A DNA stretch of 64,000 bases from a virus (taxonomy: Duplodnaviria > Caudoviricetes), in IMG/VR virus record IMGVR_UViG_3300027914_001163, positions 64,001 to 128,000 of that record; one strand, 5' to 3'. Below, piece by piece: positions 40,101 through 51,121 of the stretch. How positions within the stretch are numbered: the first letter of the stretch is position 1; each line of letters starts with the position of its first letter. The position numbers were made by a program, and so were the translations under genes. The notes below the pieces were generated by a model that was not told where the DNA came from, searched no databases, and worked only from the letters and a program-made list of their open reading frames with translations.

Positions 40101-41416
40101 GTTACCAAGCAATTATCGGAGAATTAAAAAACGTTCGCAAGCATTCAAACGCTGATCGTCTTCAGTTGGCAACTATTTACGGTTGCCAGGTTGTTGTTGA
40201 TCTGAGTGCAAAAGACAACGACAAGGTGATCTATTTTCCCACTGACGGTCAACTCTCAGAGGAATATTGCGCAACCAATAATCTGATCGGAAAAGTCGAT
40301 CCTGAAACCGGTGAGCGCAGCGGTGGATATTTCGACCACAAGCGTAAAGTTCGTGCTCAGAAATTTTGTGGAGAAAAGTCTGACGGTTTCGTTATGCCTC
40401 TTGAATCCGTGGCGTTTACCGGTTACAACATTTCCAAATTCAAAGTGGGAGATCAGTTTGATAACCTGAACGGTGTTGAAATATGCCGGAAGTACATCAC
40501 CAAGAAAACAAGGATGCAGGGAAGCGGTCATAAAAATATGGCACGGCGCATCAAGAAACACTACAAGATGTTCAAGGAGCATATCGACACTGAACAACTG
40601 GCGTATCACATCGGAAGGATTAAAGCCGGTTCTCTGATTTTCTTTTCTGAGAAAGTACACGGAACCAGCGCACGTACCGGCCATGTTCAAGTAGTGTCAG
40701 AACTGCCCAAGTGGAAAAAGATCGTTAATAAAATTGCTCCGATATTTCATGAGAAGTCGGAATGGCAGTACGTGTCAGGAACCAGGCGTGTGATTCTTGA
40801 TAACTTCAACGATCCTGCGAAACAAGGATTCTACGGAACCAATGATTTCAGGAAAGTATGGCATGATGTTTTCCTGGGCAACCTGAGAAAAGGTGAAACG
40901 GTCTATTATGAAATCGTCGGTTGGGTATCAGAAAATACTCCGGTCATGTCGAAGTGTGACAACAAGAAACTCAAGGACAAAGAGTTCCTGAAGATATACG
41001 GTGATGAAACTGTTTTCAAATATGGATGCCTAAATGGAACATCTGACATCTACGTGTATCGTATTACCATGACCAATGAAGACGGATATACAGTTGAGTA
41101 TCCTTGGAGCGCAATGATCGAGCGGTGTAAAGAACTTGGAGTTAAGCCGGTCGTTGAGCTGCACGAACCATATTTCTACGATGGCAATCAAGATACCCTG
41201 ATGAAACTGGCAGAGGAATTGTATGACGGTCCATCCACGATTGACTCTTCTCATATCAGGGAAGGGGTTGTATGCCGTGTGGAGAATGGACTGAACTACG
41301 AAGCCTACAAACACAAGAATTTTATTTTTAAAGTTCTTGAGGGTATCATCAAGGAAAATGATGACGCTGTTGATATGGAAGAAGCCGAAAGTTATCCAGA
41401 AGAGGAAACAGCATGA
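40097..41416 (+). CDS. ATP-dependent RNA ligase with N-terminal OB-like domain (DRB0094-like)
   Basis: HSNADRL, EKVHGTS, YYEIVG, REGVV, YKHKN. Confidence 0.85.
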   Translation: MSYQAIIGELKNVRKHSNADRLQLATIYGCQVVVDLSAKDNDKVIYFPTDGQLSEEYCATNNLIGKVDPETGERSGGYFDHKRKVRAQKFCGEKSDGFVMPLESVAFTGYNISKFKVGDQFDNLNGVEICRKYITKKTRMQGSGHKNMARRIKKHYKMFKEHIDTEQLAYHIGRIKAGSLIFFSEKVHGTSARTGHVQVVSELPKWKKIVNKIAPIFHEKSEWQYVSGTRRVILDNFNDPAKQGFYGTNDFRKVWHDVFLGNLRKGETVYYEIVGWVSENTPVMSKCDNKKLKDKEFLKIYGDETVFKYGCLNGTSDIYVYRITMTNEDGYTVEYPWSAMIERCKELGVKPVVELHEPYFYDGNQDTLMKLAEELYDGPSTIDSSHIREGVVCRVENGLNYEAYKHKNFIFKVLEGIIKENDDAVDMEEAESYPEEETA

Positions 41417-41720
41417 AAATAAATATTATTGATAAATCGAGAAACAAGAGATCGAAAGATATAACTCTTAAAGACGGAATGATTTTTGTGCATCTGGAAG
41501 AATCAGAGGCGATTAATCTGATTCGTTCACTCAGTACACAAATATCCAAACGTGATCCAAACAGCGAACGTCTTGAAAGTTATACTCAGGAAGGAACGTA
41601 TTTCTCCATTGCGGTTACTGATTTTCGAATGTCTCAAATGGAATATGATCATCAGCAACGTAAACGTGAACTATATAATAGCGTTGATGATCAAATAAAA
41701 AAAATAAAAGGAGAGAGAGG

Positions 41721-42635
41721 ATGATAAAAGTTATATTTACCAAAGGAATTATCGCATCTGGAAAGACGACATGGGCGAAGCAATTTGTAAAAGATAATCA
41801 GAAATATAAACGAGTCAGCCGTGATGATCTTCGACATATGCTGTCATCGTATACGTTCACTAATGACAATGAGAATATTGTAACTCAGGTTGAACGTGAT
41901 ACTATTAAACAACTTCTGCTCATGGGATACAATCTCGTAATCGATAAACAGAATCTCAACCAACAAGATTTCGCCAACGATAAAAGGTTCATTTTGGATT
42001 TGGTTGATTGGGAGGACACGGTGGAATTCGAGGTTAAAGAATTTCCGATTACCTTATATCAGGCAATTCTCCGTGATAAGGAACGTGAATTTCAAATAGG
42101 TGAAGCAGTCATCACGAAAACCTGGAAGAGATACGAGAAAGATTTACTGGATATGCTTGAGAGAGCGGAAACTGCGACATATCCATTTGACCCTGCGCTT
42201 CCTGGTTGTGTGGTGTGTGATATTGACGGAACACTGGCTATTCGTGGTGATCGTAGTCCGTTTGATTTTTCGAAAGTCGGAGAAGATAAACTCAATAAGC
42301 CGGTTGCTCAACTTCTGGAAAAACTGTGCATCGGGAGAAATCTTGGACAGGGGATAGAAGGTCCGTATGCTATAATTTTTTCGGGACGTGACGATTCGTG
42401 CATGGAAGAAACTATCAATTGGCTCAAAAAACACAATGTATTTTTTGACGAACTGTATATGCGCAAGACCGGTGATAAAAGAAAAGATTCAATTGTAAAA
42501 CGAGAATTGTTTGACAATCATGTTGCCGGTAAATATAATTGTCTGTACTGGATTGATGACCGCCGCCAGGTTATTGATATGGTTCGAAACGATTTGCGAA
42601 TAACGTGCCTGGACGTTGCCGGACACGATTTTTAA
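41721..42635 (+). CDS. polynucleotide 5'-kinase/3'-phosphatase (T4 PseT-like)
   Basis: GIIASGKTT, SRDDLR; CDIDGTLA, SGR, IDDR. Confidence 0.92.
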   Translation: MIKVIFTKGIIASGKTTWAKQFVKDNQKYKRVSRDDLRHMLSSYTFTNDNENIVTQVERDTIKQLLLMGYNLVIDKQNLNQQDFANDKRFILDLVDWEDTVEFEVKEFPITLYQAILRDKEREFQIGEAVITKTWKRYEKDLLDMLERAETATYPFDPALPGCVVCDIDGTLAIRGDRSPFDFSKVGEDKLNKPVAQLLEKLCIGRNLGQGIEGPYAIIFSGRDDSCMEETINWLKKHNVFFDELYMRKTGDKRKDSIVKRELFDNHVAGKYNCLYWIDDRRQVIDMVRNDLRITCLDVAGHDF

Positions 42636-42917
42636 TAGGAGAATACTATGAAAAATTATTACAAGAAAGAGAAACTGGTCCGGGGTGACGTTGTTAAACA
42701 CAAGGAATACGGCAAGGGTGTTGTTGCTGAATATTGCGACGATGGCCGGTTTATCCAGGTGCGGTTCCAGAAAGAGCCTCCCAAGCCAACGAACTACAAA
42801 TTCAGTGCCAATCCGTTCGTGGTTCCCGTTGAAACACTGGAAAAAATACGCTTTAAAAAGGAAACAAAAGTGGTCGATCCGGTGGCCAGTGAACCCGTTA
42901 TAGGATAAAAAAAATTA

Positions 42918-42975
42918 TTTTTTTGCACGAATTTTTTCCAAAAGAGTTGACAAATTATCATACTCTTTGTATATT
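42918..42975 (+). promoter_or_regulatory. phage promoter with upstream TTTTGCACGAATTTT box
   Basis: TTGACA(42947)-17nt-TATATT; same box near 17090 and 33060. Confidence 0.7.
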
Positions 42976-44370
42976 GTATAAAGACGATAAGGAGAGTGTG
43001 ATATGGCAGCGGAAGAGATTCTTGAAGAGATAATCCATGACAACGAGCCGATGGAATCAAAGGCTGAAAGGAAGAAAATATCTCAACGGCAGAAGCAGAT
43101 TGAAAAGTCTGCTCGTGCTCGTGAGATGAACGAATTGAACGAGGAAGCCCAACGCCTCTCATTGGAAATAATGATACTGAGAGGAAACGGCAAAAAAGGA
43201 TCGCCGGAACACTTGGCACTTCGGGAAAAACTTCATGCTGCTCATGATCAACGTCTGCAACTCGGATGGAGCAGAATGGAGGAATAATATGCTGATACTT
43301 TTAGGAATCGTAATTATGATTTACGCTATTCTTAAAGGGAATGGCGTATGGGGCTTTATAGCCCTGATAATTCTTTTAGCGTTGATTTGCAAATAAGGAG
43401 GGAGTGATGGCTATCAGTTTCAAATGCAGTCGATGCGGAAAAGTTGTTACCGGCAGGGACGAATGTGATGCCGAAGTAAAATTCGATAATCACAAATGCT
43501 CTGTAAAGATCACGAAAGATACTCCGCTGTTTCTCGTGAAGTTGTCAGCATGTCAAAATCCTGATCATGCTGAGAAACAAAATCTTCCGAAGCCTACCTC
43601 AAAAGTTGTTCTCAGTTACAAGGAAGCGTCTGAGGCATGTCGGGCATTTATCAATGAGTATGACCTCGGAGCGGGAAACTGGAAAGGCGGACAAATCTTC
43701 AATCAAGGCAATACGCAAGTGGCTTATGTGTCCTATAATGGAAAAGTATGGGACATGCAGAATAAAGAAATAACCATGTAAGGAGTGTGGAAATGAAATC
43801 GTTTAAAATCGGAAAAGTCTATTCCTTCGCTTACGATTCTCAAAGTGGCAAACCGTCAACGCCGATAGAAGACCCGATCTACTGCCGGATGAGCGAGGCC
43901 GAGTCAAAGAAACTTGAAGAAGAACTTCTGTATTCAGCGGATAAGCGCAAAGCCGATTTCGAAGATCGCAAAAGCCGTTACGCCATTATTTTCAAGATGG
44001 CCAAAGAACTCGACCGTATGAAGAAAAAGCGTCAAGCCAAAGAGATACGCCAGAAGGATGCCGAGGAAGTAAATCTCGAACGCAAACTGACCGCCCTGAA
44101 AAACATATACTTTCGCAAAGAGAAGCCTGAACAACTTCCGTATATCAAAGCCAGAAGCCTGTTCTATCGTCAGGGAGCCAAAGAAAAGCGAGACTCCCAT
44201 ATTCGCCCTGTATGCCGGAAAAAAGATCGGAGACAACGGCAAGATTAGCCACCTGTGGTACGTTATATCCACAGTGAAAGTCTCCAAGAAGCGGATTGAA
44301 ACAGCCATGAAACAATATCTGGCGTTTGACGATTGATATTTATCAAGGGATTAAAAATACTCATCATTTG

Positions 44371-44403
44371 CCCCTGTTGCCCTCTACAACAGGGGATTTT
44401 TTT
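44371..44403 (+). terminator. intrinsic terminator
   Basis: CCCCTGTTG/CAACAGGGG stem followed by a T-tract. Confidence 0.75.
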
Positions 44404-44452
44404 ATTATTAAAAATATATAATTACTTGACAATAACCGTAGGGAGTGTATAA

Positions 44453-45109
44453 ATGCATATCGAGAAAATTATGAGAAAGCGTAGCGAAATTGACAGCGAT
44501 GAAGATTTTATGGACATGTTTGGTTTGACTGATGTTGATTCCAAGATGGTTCAAACAAATACCTTTACGCAACAACTGATTACCATTTACATTGATCGTG
44601 AATTGGGTACACCGGACGAATATCGTGCCGTGTTTAACGCATTGCAGAAAGCGCAGGAATACGATGTGGTTAAAATGGTTATCAATACTCAGGGTGGTTG
44701 TTTGGATACAGCGATGCAGTTGTATCATTATCTCCTTGAAACTCAAGCTACGACCTACGCCGAGATTCATAACGCCTATTCAGCCGGAGCCATTATTGCT
44801 CTGGCCTGTGATGAGATAGAGGTTGCTCGTTATGGTTCCATGATGATTCACTCAATCATTGTACAGTCGTTTGGCAAGATGCACGAGATGGACCAACAGG
44901 TTACCTTCACTCATAAACACGCCCACAGTATTCTCAGTGATGTATTCGACGGATTCCTGACCAATAAAGAAATACAATCTGTCATAAAAGGAAAAGACAT
45001 ATGGCTCTCCGAAGCCGAGATTGTAAAACGATCAAAGAAGTGGATTCCGATTCGTAAGAGAAATATTGTAGTAGATACAGAAGATCATAGGGATAAAGAG
45101 GAAACTTAA
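44453..45109 (+). CDS. ClpP-family protease
   Basis: INTQGG, AYSAGAII (Ser), MMIHS (His). Confidence 0.85.
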   Translation: MHIEKIMRKRSEIDSDEDFMDMFGLTDVDSKMVQTNTFTQQLITIYIDRELGTPDEYRAVFNALQKAQEYDVVKMVINTQGGCLDTAMQLYHYLLETQATTYAEIHNAYSAGAIIALACDEIEVARYGSMMIHSIIVQSFGKMHEMDQQVTFTHKHAHSILSDVFDGFLTNKEIQSVIKGKDIWLSEAEIVKRSKKWIPIRKRNIVVDTEDHRDKEET

Positions 45110-47293
45110 TATGTCGGCTCTCAAAATTAAAAACTACACATCCCAGGTAAGCGTCGAGCGCACTGTTTCAATGATCGAAGCAGAGTTAGTTAAGGTGGGG
45201 GCTTCCAAGATTGAAAAGACCTATCTCAATGGCTCTCCTGATGGCGTGATCTTCAGTATCACATTTGATCGTATAGAACTGAGTTATAAACTCCCTGCTA
45301 AAATTGATGCAGCCAAAGAAATATTAAAACAGATTCCAACATACAAGACCAAGAAGAAAGACTGGATTGATGCGCAATCGAAACGTACCGCATGGAAAAT
45401 AATTTACGATTGGGTGTTGGCGCAAGTGGCTATGATCATGCTCCACCAGGCCGATCCAATTCAGATTTTTCTTCCTTATACTTATAACCGCAAAACAGAA
45501 AAAACGTTCTATGAGCAAATCAAAGGTAATCAATTTAAACTGTTAACCGGGGGTGAGTAATGAAAAAATTTCTTCTCAATCAATTTCACTATGCTTGCAT
45601 TGTTATTATAAGCATTGTAGAAATACCATGCTCTCTTGTTGGAATTGTTACATTAGGTAGAGTGGTAGTACGGTGGGATGAGTATTTAGCCCATTGGTTT
45701 CATAATCTTTATTTAAAACTGGAGTACAAGTTTTATGGCGGACGTTCCTCTCTATAAATGCAAAGACTGCTATCATAATAAGGAAATGCATGAAAGCCAA
45801 TTCAAAGAACGAACCGTGCGGTGTCGTCTCACTGAACCGTATTCTGATTTTCCACGAGTGGTTCTTGGAAAGGATTATTTTTATTATGTTACCGGTTGTC
45901 CTCGCAAGCCGGAGCCTGACGACACATCAAAAGATTTTACTTAGGAGCATGTGATATGTTACGATCTGAACTGCGCCAAATGTCTTTAAAGGAATTACTT
46001 GAATTAAAACATCAATGGATTGAAGATGCCACGAAATCTAAAAAATTTAGTAAATTATTTGCCGTATTGGATGAATTTGGTACAAATGAACCTGATCCGC
46101 AAAGACCTGGCGAAACAAATTATCTATGGGATAAACCAAACAATTTTCTTATTCGTGAAATTCCAAATGGAGAGCAAGTAGAATGTTTTGTAAAAGGAAA
46201 ACTTGTTGTTCGTTCTGGAAGTAATACGTTGTGGGTGCGTGGCGAATGGGAAGAGATTCTTGAAGCATGGTATCAAAAGGTTGTAGAGAAAAGGTCAAAT
46301 GAGCAATATATTGCTGAAGAGAAGGAACGTGAGGCTTTAATTTCCGAACTTTGTGAGATTTAAGCAATATATTGCTTATCAAGGAGAATAACGATTATGT
46401 TTGAAATGATGCATTTTGATGAATTGTTAACATGCGCTCTGGAAGACATTAAAAAGTCTTGTGATGTTCTTGAGGAAGTATATGATATGCCTCACCGCAC
46501 CACCGAGGATGTCATGCAAAACAGTCCACGAGAAATCAACAGCCTCAGAGAACTTCAAGACCTATTCAGCAAACTCAAGGAAATCAAAGATCGATTTAAC
46601 GCTGAAGCGCAAGCCGACTTTGAGGAATATGAGCGCATGGCCGATATGGAAGATGGGCAGAGGTACTAAATGGTAAATCTTGCAACAGAACAAGATGTTA
46701 TTCATGTAATGGAAGATCGTGGTTATACACTGTGGGCTACATCGTTTTTTCCAGAGAGCGATATTCCCAAGGTACATTATGATTTTGTCACCGAGGAACA
46801 CAATGGAAATCACTGTACCGTTTATGTGGTTGGCGAAGAAATAACATTTGAATTTGTTTATGCTACCAAGAAAATGGTAGTTCTCAGACTTGGACCGTGC
46901 GGTAGTTTTTTTAACAGAGATCATTTTGTGCGCATGGAAAGAAATTTTAATACTGCTGCTGATAAGGTGCGAGACCTTGATTAAAGATGGCTTTTGCGAT
47001 AACTCAAAACGATGGGTGATCGCTATCGATATGACGATACTTCCGAAATCATGTCCTTATCAACATGAGAATTTTTGTCAGGATAAAAAATGCGGTTATT
47101 ATAGAGAGATACCAGTAACCAAATATTATCTCAGAAGGTTCAAGGACTTTCTGAAGTTTTAAACATTGCCCGACGAAACCCGTTAAAACCCAGGACGTTT
47201 GGTAACAAAAAGAGTATATTCAATACGCAATAGGTATGCTTTTTTTGGTGTGCCTGAGTATAATTCAAATGAACGGGGTTAATATATCGGCCA

Positions 47294-47905
47294 ATGAACA
47301 AGTATAAGATTGAACATTTAACTATGCCTATGATACGGAAGATCAGGAAAAACAATTCTGATTTTAACATATTCTTCAACGAGAACAAAGGCTTCATTCA
47401 CAACCTGGCACTGAAATTTATGAGAAAAGATGATGATCGCTATAACGATCTGTTTCAGGTAGGATGCATGTCAATGTGTAAGGCATTAGAACGATACAGC
47501 CCCAAGCGCAGCGCATTTTCAACTTTTGCATGGCATGTCATTATGAATGATCTGAAACAGGAAATAAAGAAATATTCGAAACATGCGTATCAGGAAAATT
47601 CAATGGAAGATGATGCTCACTCCTACGATAAAGAATCACACAATGCCACCGATTACCAAGAAAGCAACTGGACACCTTTCATGAGTAAGACTGTTGATGT
47701 TGAGACTCAGATCGTGAATGAATTATCAAAAGAACAACTTCTTAAAACTCTGACTCCTCTTGAACAACAGATTGCAGCTCTTCGAATGGAAAAATATACC
47801 AAGCAAGAAATTTCAAAAATGTTAAATAAGAAAAAAAGTACCGTTCACGAAATTATGCGGTATCTTGTTCATAAACCGGCATATCAAGAGTTAATGGTAC
47901 AATGA
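47294..47905 (+). CDS. sigma70-family RNA polymerase sigma factor
   Basis: DLFQVG...ERYSPKRSAFSTFA (region 2); C-terminal HTH. Confidence 0.85.
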   Translation: MNKYKIEHLTMPMIRKIRKNNSDFNIFFNENKGFIHNLALKFMRKDDDRYNDLFQVGCMSMCKALERYSPKRSAFSTFAWHVIMNDLKQEIKKYSKHAYQENSMEDDAHSYDKESHNATDYQESNWTPFMSKTVDVETQIVNELSKEQLLKTLTPLEQQIAALRMEKYTKQEISKMLNKKKSTVHEIMRYLVHKPAYQELMVQ

Positions 47906-48480
47906 AGTTAAAGCGTGGACTAATTTATTATTTCGAGTATGGCAGATGGCACGAAGACCCATATCCCCTCGCCCTGGTGCTGTATGCCGGTGATACTCTT
48001 GTCCATTGCTTGAATCTTCATTACCTCGATGGTCAGTTGAATGATGACCTAATTGCCATGATCACGAAGATAGCACTTGGGAAGCTGGATGCTCGTGATC
48101 AGTATAAGTTTTATCATTCCTACATGAAGCGCAGGATGCCTGGTGTTATCAAAAACGCCTACCGCACGTACAAACCTGGTTATATCCGCAATGTCGTTGT
48201 CGTTTCCAATGGTTTCGAGATAACGCAAGCCTTCCTGGAGAAACTGAGAAAGTTCGCCAAGGTTAAACACCTGACCAAAAAGAAAATCGAAACACAGATC
48301 AAAAAAGAAGTAAAGGCTGTCGGAGAAACGAAGCGTTCGCCGGAGGAGTTGGAGCGTATTCAAAAACTGACTAAACCTCAAATCCATAAAAACGTTTTGA
48401 ATTACATGCGAGAAATTAAAAAAATAGTTCAAGAAAGAATTGACAAACAGAAGGCTAAAATGATAAAAGGGAAGAGATGA
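47902..48480 (+). CDS. DNA end protector-like protein (T4 gp2-like)
   Basis: YFEY...DPYPL...CLNLHYL...YRTY. Confidence 0.6.
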   Translation: MKLKRGLIYYFEYGRWHEDPYPLALVLYAGDTLVHCLNLHYLDGQLNDDLIAMITKIALGKLDARDQYKFYHSYMKRRMPGVIKNAYRTYKPGYIRNVVVVSNGFEITQAFLEKLRKFAKVKHLTKKKIETQIKKEVKAVGETKRSPEELERIQKLTKPQIHKNVLNYMREIKKIVQERIDKQKAKMIKGKR

Positions 48481-48815
48481 AAGACGACAAAGAAGAAATC
48501 GTAATGTTATCTCAGGAGGAAATTGATAAACTCCTCGAACTTATCAGAATGGGAAAAACGCTGACAGAGATAGGTGAAACGCTTGTCGGCAAGCCTGAAC
48601 CTGTTATTGAAAAAAAGATCGTTGAGAAAATATTATCTCCTCCGAATCCTGAAGTATCCGTTGTTCTGGAATATAAAATTGACGATAAACGGGTTATTCA
48701 TGTTGGGATTAAAAAGCCTCTGGCTTCGAAGGATAAGGATTTTTTGAAGGCTCACGAAGAGACTTATCGAGAACTTCTTGTATCGCTGAATCGATTAGTT
48801 GATTTATCGAGATAA
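48477..48815 (+). CDS. hypothetical protein with N-terminal LSQEEIDKLL motif
   Basis: ORF translationally coupled to neighbours. Confidence 0.6.
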   Translation: MKDDKEEIVMLSQEEIDKLLELIRMGKTLTEIGETLVGKPEPVIEKKIVEKILSPPNPEVSVVLEYKIDDKRVIHVGIKKPLASKDKDFLKAHEETYRELLVSLNRLVDLSR

Positions 48816-48818
48816 TAC

Positions 48819-49847
48819 ATGTTAATTACCCTTGAAGCTGTCATCGATTTTATAACCGATGAGGGATTAGGTCCGTACAGAATTAAAAATTCTGATCCTG
48901 ACAGGTGGAAAATAACCATTAACGAACCGGCCATGTGGGGGACTGGAGACCGCAAATATCGTTGCGGTATTTTTGTTGGCAAAATCAATGAACAAAAAAT
49001 GGTTCTCTTTAATGCGTTTAAGGCACGGTCGTTGCTTGGCGATGAATGTCACGGAGATTTTTATAACTTCGTGAGATTGGTTAAAGGTTTCAAGACCAGG
49101 AAAAAAGCGAAAGATTATTTTATCAGGCGTTATGTTTCCAGGCTCGATGCCAAAGACCTTATCAATCAGCGATCTTCGATACACGAACAGGAATCTGAAA
49201 AACCAGAACCAGAGCCGTATATATCCTTTCCAGACCACTTCGAAAAATTTAATCCTGAAATACATCCAGAATATTTTAATTATTTAACCGGTAAAAGAAA
49301 AATACCAGTTGACATTATTAAAACTTTAAAATTATATGTTGATAAGAAACAAGAGCGAATTGTGTTTCCGGTATATGAAGATGGCCGGTTGATATGTTAT
49401 TCTGGTCGAGACATCACCGATTCTATACCATTACCCTGGTTAAAAAGTGAAGGCGAAAATAAATATCCTATATGGAATCTTGAGAATATTTTAGGTACGA
49501 CTGTTTATGTTTTCGAAGGTATTGGTGATGCGGTATATCTTTCAAGCGGTATTGCTTTGTTTGGCGTAGGAACGGATACACAGTTTGAAAAAATATTGGC
49601 TCGTAATTTTTCTAAGATAGTTCTTATTTTTGATAACGATGCACCAGGCCGACTCGCAAAACTGAAATGGGCGAAATGGCTTGCCGAACGTAATCAAAGC
49701 GGCATTTACGTTTATGATTACAACGGTATCGTAGAAAAAGATTTTGGAAAGATGATGGAAAAAAATGTTCCGTTTGAGATAGACAAGAGAATTTATCCGT
49801 GGAACTTCAATACTGAAATGTATATGCGCATGGGGAGAATAATATGA
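48819..49847 (+). CDS. DNA primase (TOPRIM)
   Basis: RIVFPV, YSGR, VFEGIGDA, FDNDAPG, KDFG. Confidence 0.88.
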   Translation: MLITLEAVIDFITDEGLGPYRIKNSDPDRWKITINEPAMWGTGDRKYRCGIFVGKINEQKMVLFNAFKARSLLGDECHGDFYNFVRLVKGFKTRKKAKDYFIRRYVSRLDAKDLINQRSSIHEQESEKPEPEPYISFPDHFEKFNPEIHPEYFNYLTGKRKIPVDIIKTLKLYVDKKQERIVFPVYEDGRLICYSGRDITDSIPLPWLKSEGENKYPIWNLENILGTTVYVFEGIGDAVYLSSGIALFGVGTDTQFEKILARNFSKIVLIFDNDAPGRLAKLKWAKWLAERNQSGIYVYDYNGIVEKDFGKMMEKNVPFEIDKRIYPWNFNTEMYMRMGRII

Positions 49848-50025
49848 AAATAACACTGAATTGCAAAATTCCGAAACCAGGTCCGGATGCAGATTATTTT
49901 GATGAAGCACAAGTCAGTATGGAGATCGAATCAAAAAGTGCAGACATGATTTTTTCTCTTGACGGTAAAGAGGTTTTCAGATTATATTGCAATGACATGC
50001 AAAGAGCAATAAGGGCGTTTGATAT

Positions 50026-50601
50026 ATGATTTACTTCATTACTTCCGATCCGCATTTTGGCCACAACAGAATTATAGAATTGTCGTATCGCCCGTTTGAA
50101 AACGTAACCGACATGGACAATACTATAATACGCAACTGGAATCAGCGTGTTAAACCTGAAGACACCGTGCTCAGTTTAGGAGATTGGTGTTTCCGTGGTG
50201 GTGTTCAGGGAGGAAAGCAACAGGCTCAGTATTGGGAAAAACAACTGAACGGCAAAGTAATTCACATCCAAGGCAACCATGATGTCAATAATAGCGTCAA
50301 AGCCATTATCACCTGTTGCATTATCGAGTTCGGCGGCAGGGTGATCTTATTGCAACATCGTCCGCCACAGCATCCGAAAGAAGTTCCTGACATGTGCGAT
50401 TTCGTTTTCTGTGGACATGTACATGAATTCTGGAAATACTCCATTATTCCATACCAGGACAGAAAGATCATTTCCATCAATGTCGGAATGGATCAGTGGG
50501 GTTTCAAGCCGATGAAACTGATTGAGATTGTAGATTACGCAACCAATATAGAAAAAAATGCTGATCGGCTTATAGGCGACTTAGATTCTGTAACAGGTTA
50601 G
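50026..50601 (+). CDS. metallophosphoesterase
   Basis: SDPHFGH, LGD, GNHD, GHVH, NVGMD. Confidence 0.9.
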   Translation: MIYFITSDPHFGHNRIIELSYRPFENVTDMDNTIIRNWNQRVKPEDTVLSLGDWCFRGGVQGGKQQAQYWEKQLNGKVIHIQGNHDVNNSVKAIITCCIIEFGGRVILLQHRPPQHPKEVPDMCDFVFCGHVHEFWKYSIIPYQDRKIISINVGMDQWGFKPMKLIEIVDYATNIEKNADRLIGDLDSVTG

Positions 50602-50785
50602 CAACGATTGGGGTAACTTTAGTGCGTTCATAACCATAACGTGCCAAGGTTTCAAACAAGTCTTTTTCAAGATCGTTTTTAACGCTCATGATGTCAACAG
50701 GAGCGGAGTTGTTCGCAAATTTTTTTTCTGAGAACAATTCGTTGATGACACTGTTGCGTTTTATGTCTTTATCGATTTCGTCCAT
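50570..50785 (-). CDS. small hypothetical protein
   Basis: AGGAG SD and TAATATAAT upstream on the minus strand. Confidence 0.55.
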   Translation of the reverse strand: MDEIDKDIKRNSVINELFSEKKFANNSAPVDIMSVKNDLEKDLFETLARYGYERTKVTPIVANLLQNLSRL

Positions 50786-51121
50786 AACATACTCCTTATA
50801 TATTATTATATTATTGGGGGATTAAAAAAATGACTAACGCCAGACTTCAAAATTTAATAAATATTTACAATACTCTTGGTGAAGAACTTAACGCTGTTTT
50901 TCCTGAATGGTGGAAGGTGGAAAGATACGCCGTTAAGTATATTGATTTTATTGTGCCTTTGGTTCTTGGAGATCAATATATTTACAGACGTAATGATGGT
51001 AAGGTTCAATTACATTCGGAAATATATTGTGCATCATTACAAGGAAAATTCGACACATTAAAAATTGCAGCTCAACTACAAGATAAAACTATATATCAAC
51101 TTATTAAAGACATAGAGGAAG

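Noticed and set aside
44371-44400. CAACAGGG as another CRISPR repeat copy
   Set aside because: Only 8 nt match, and it is explained as a terminator stem
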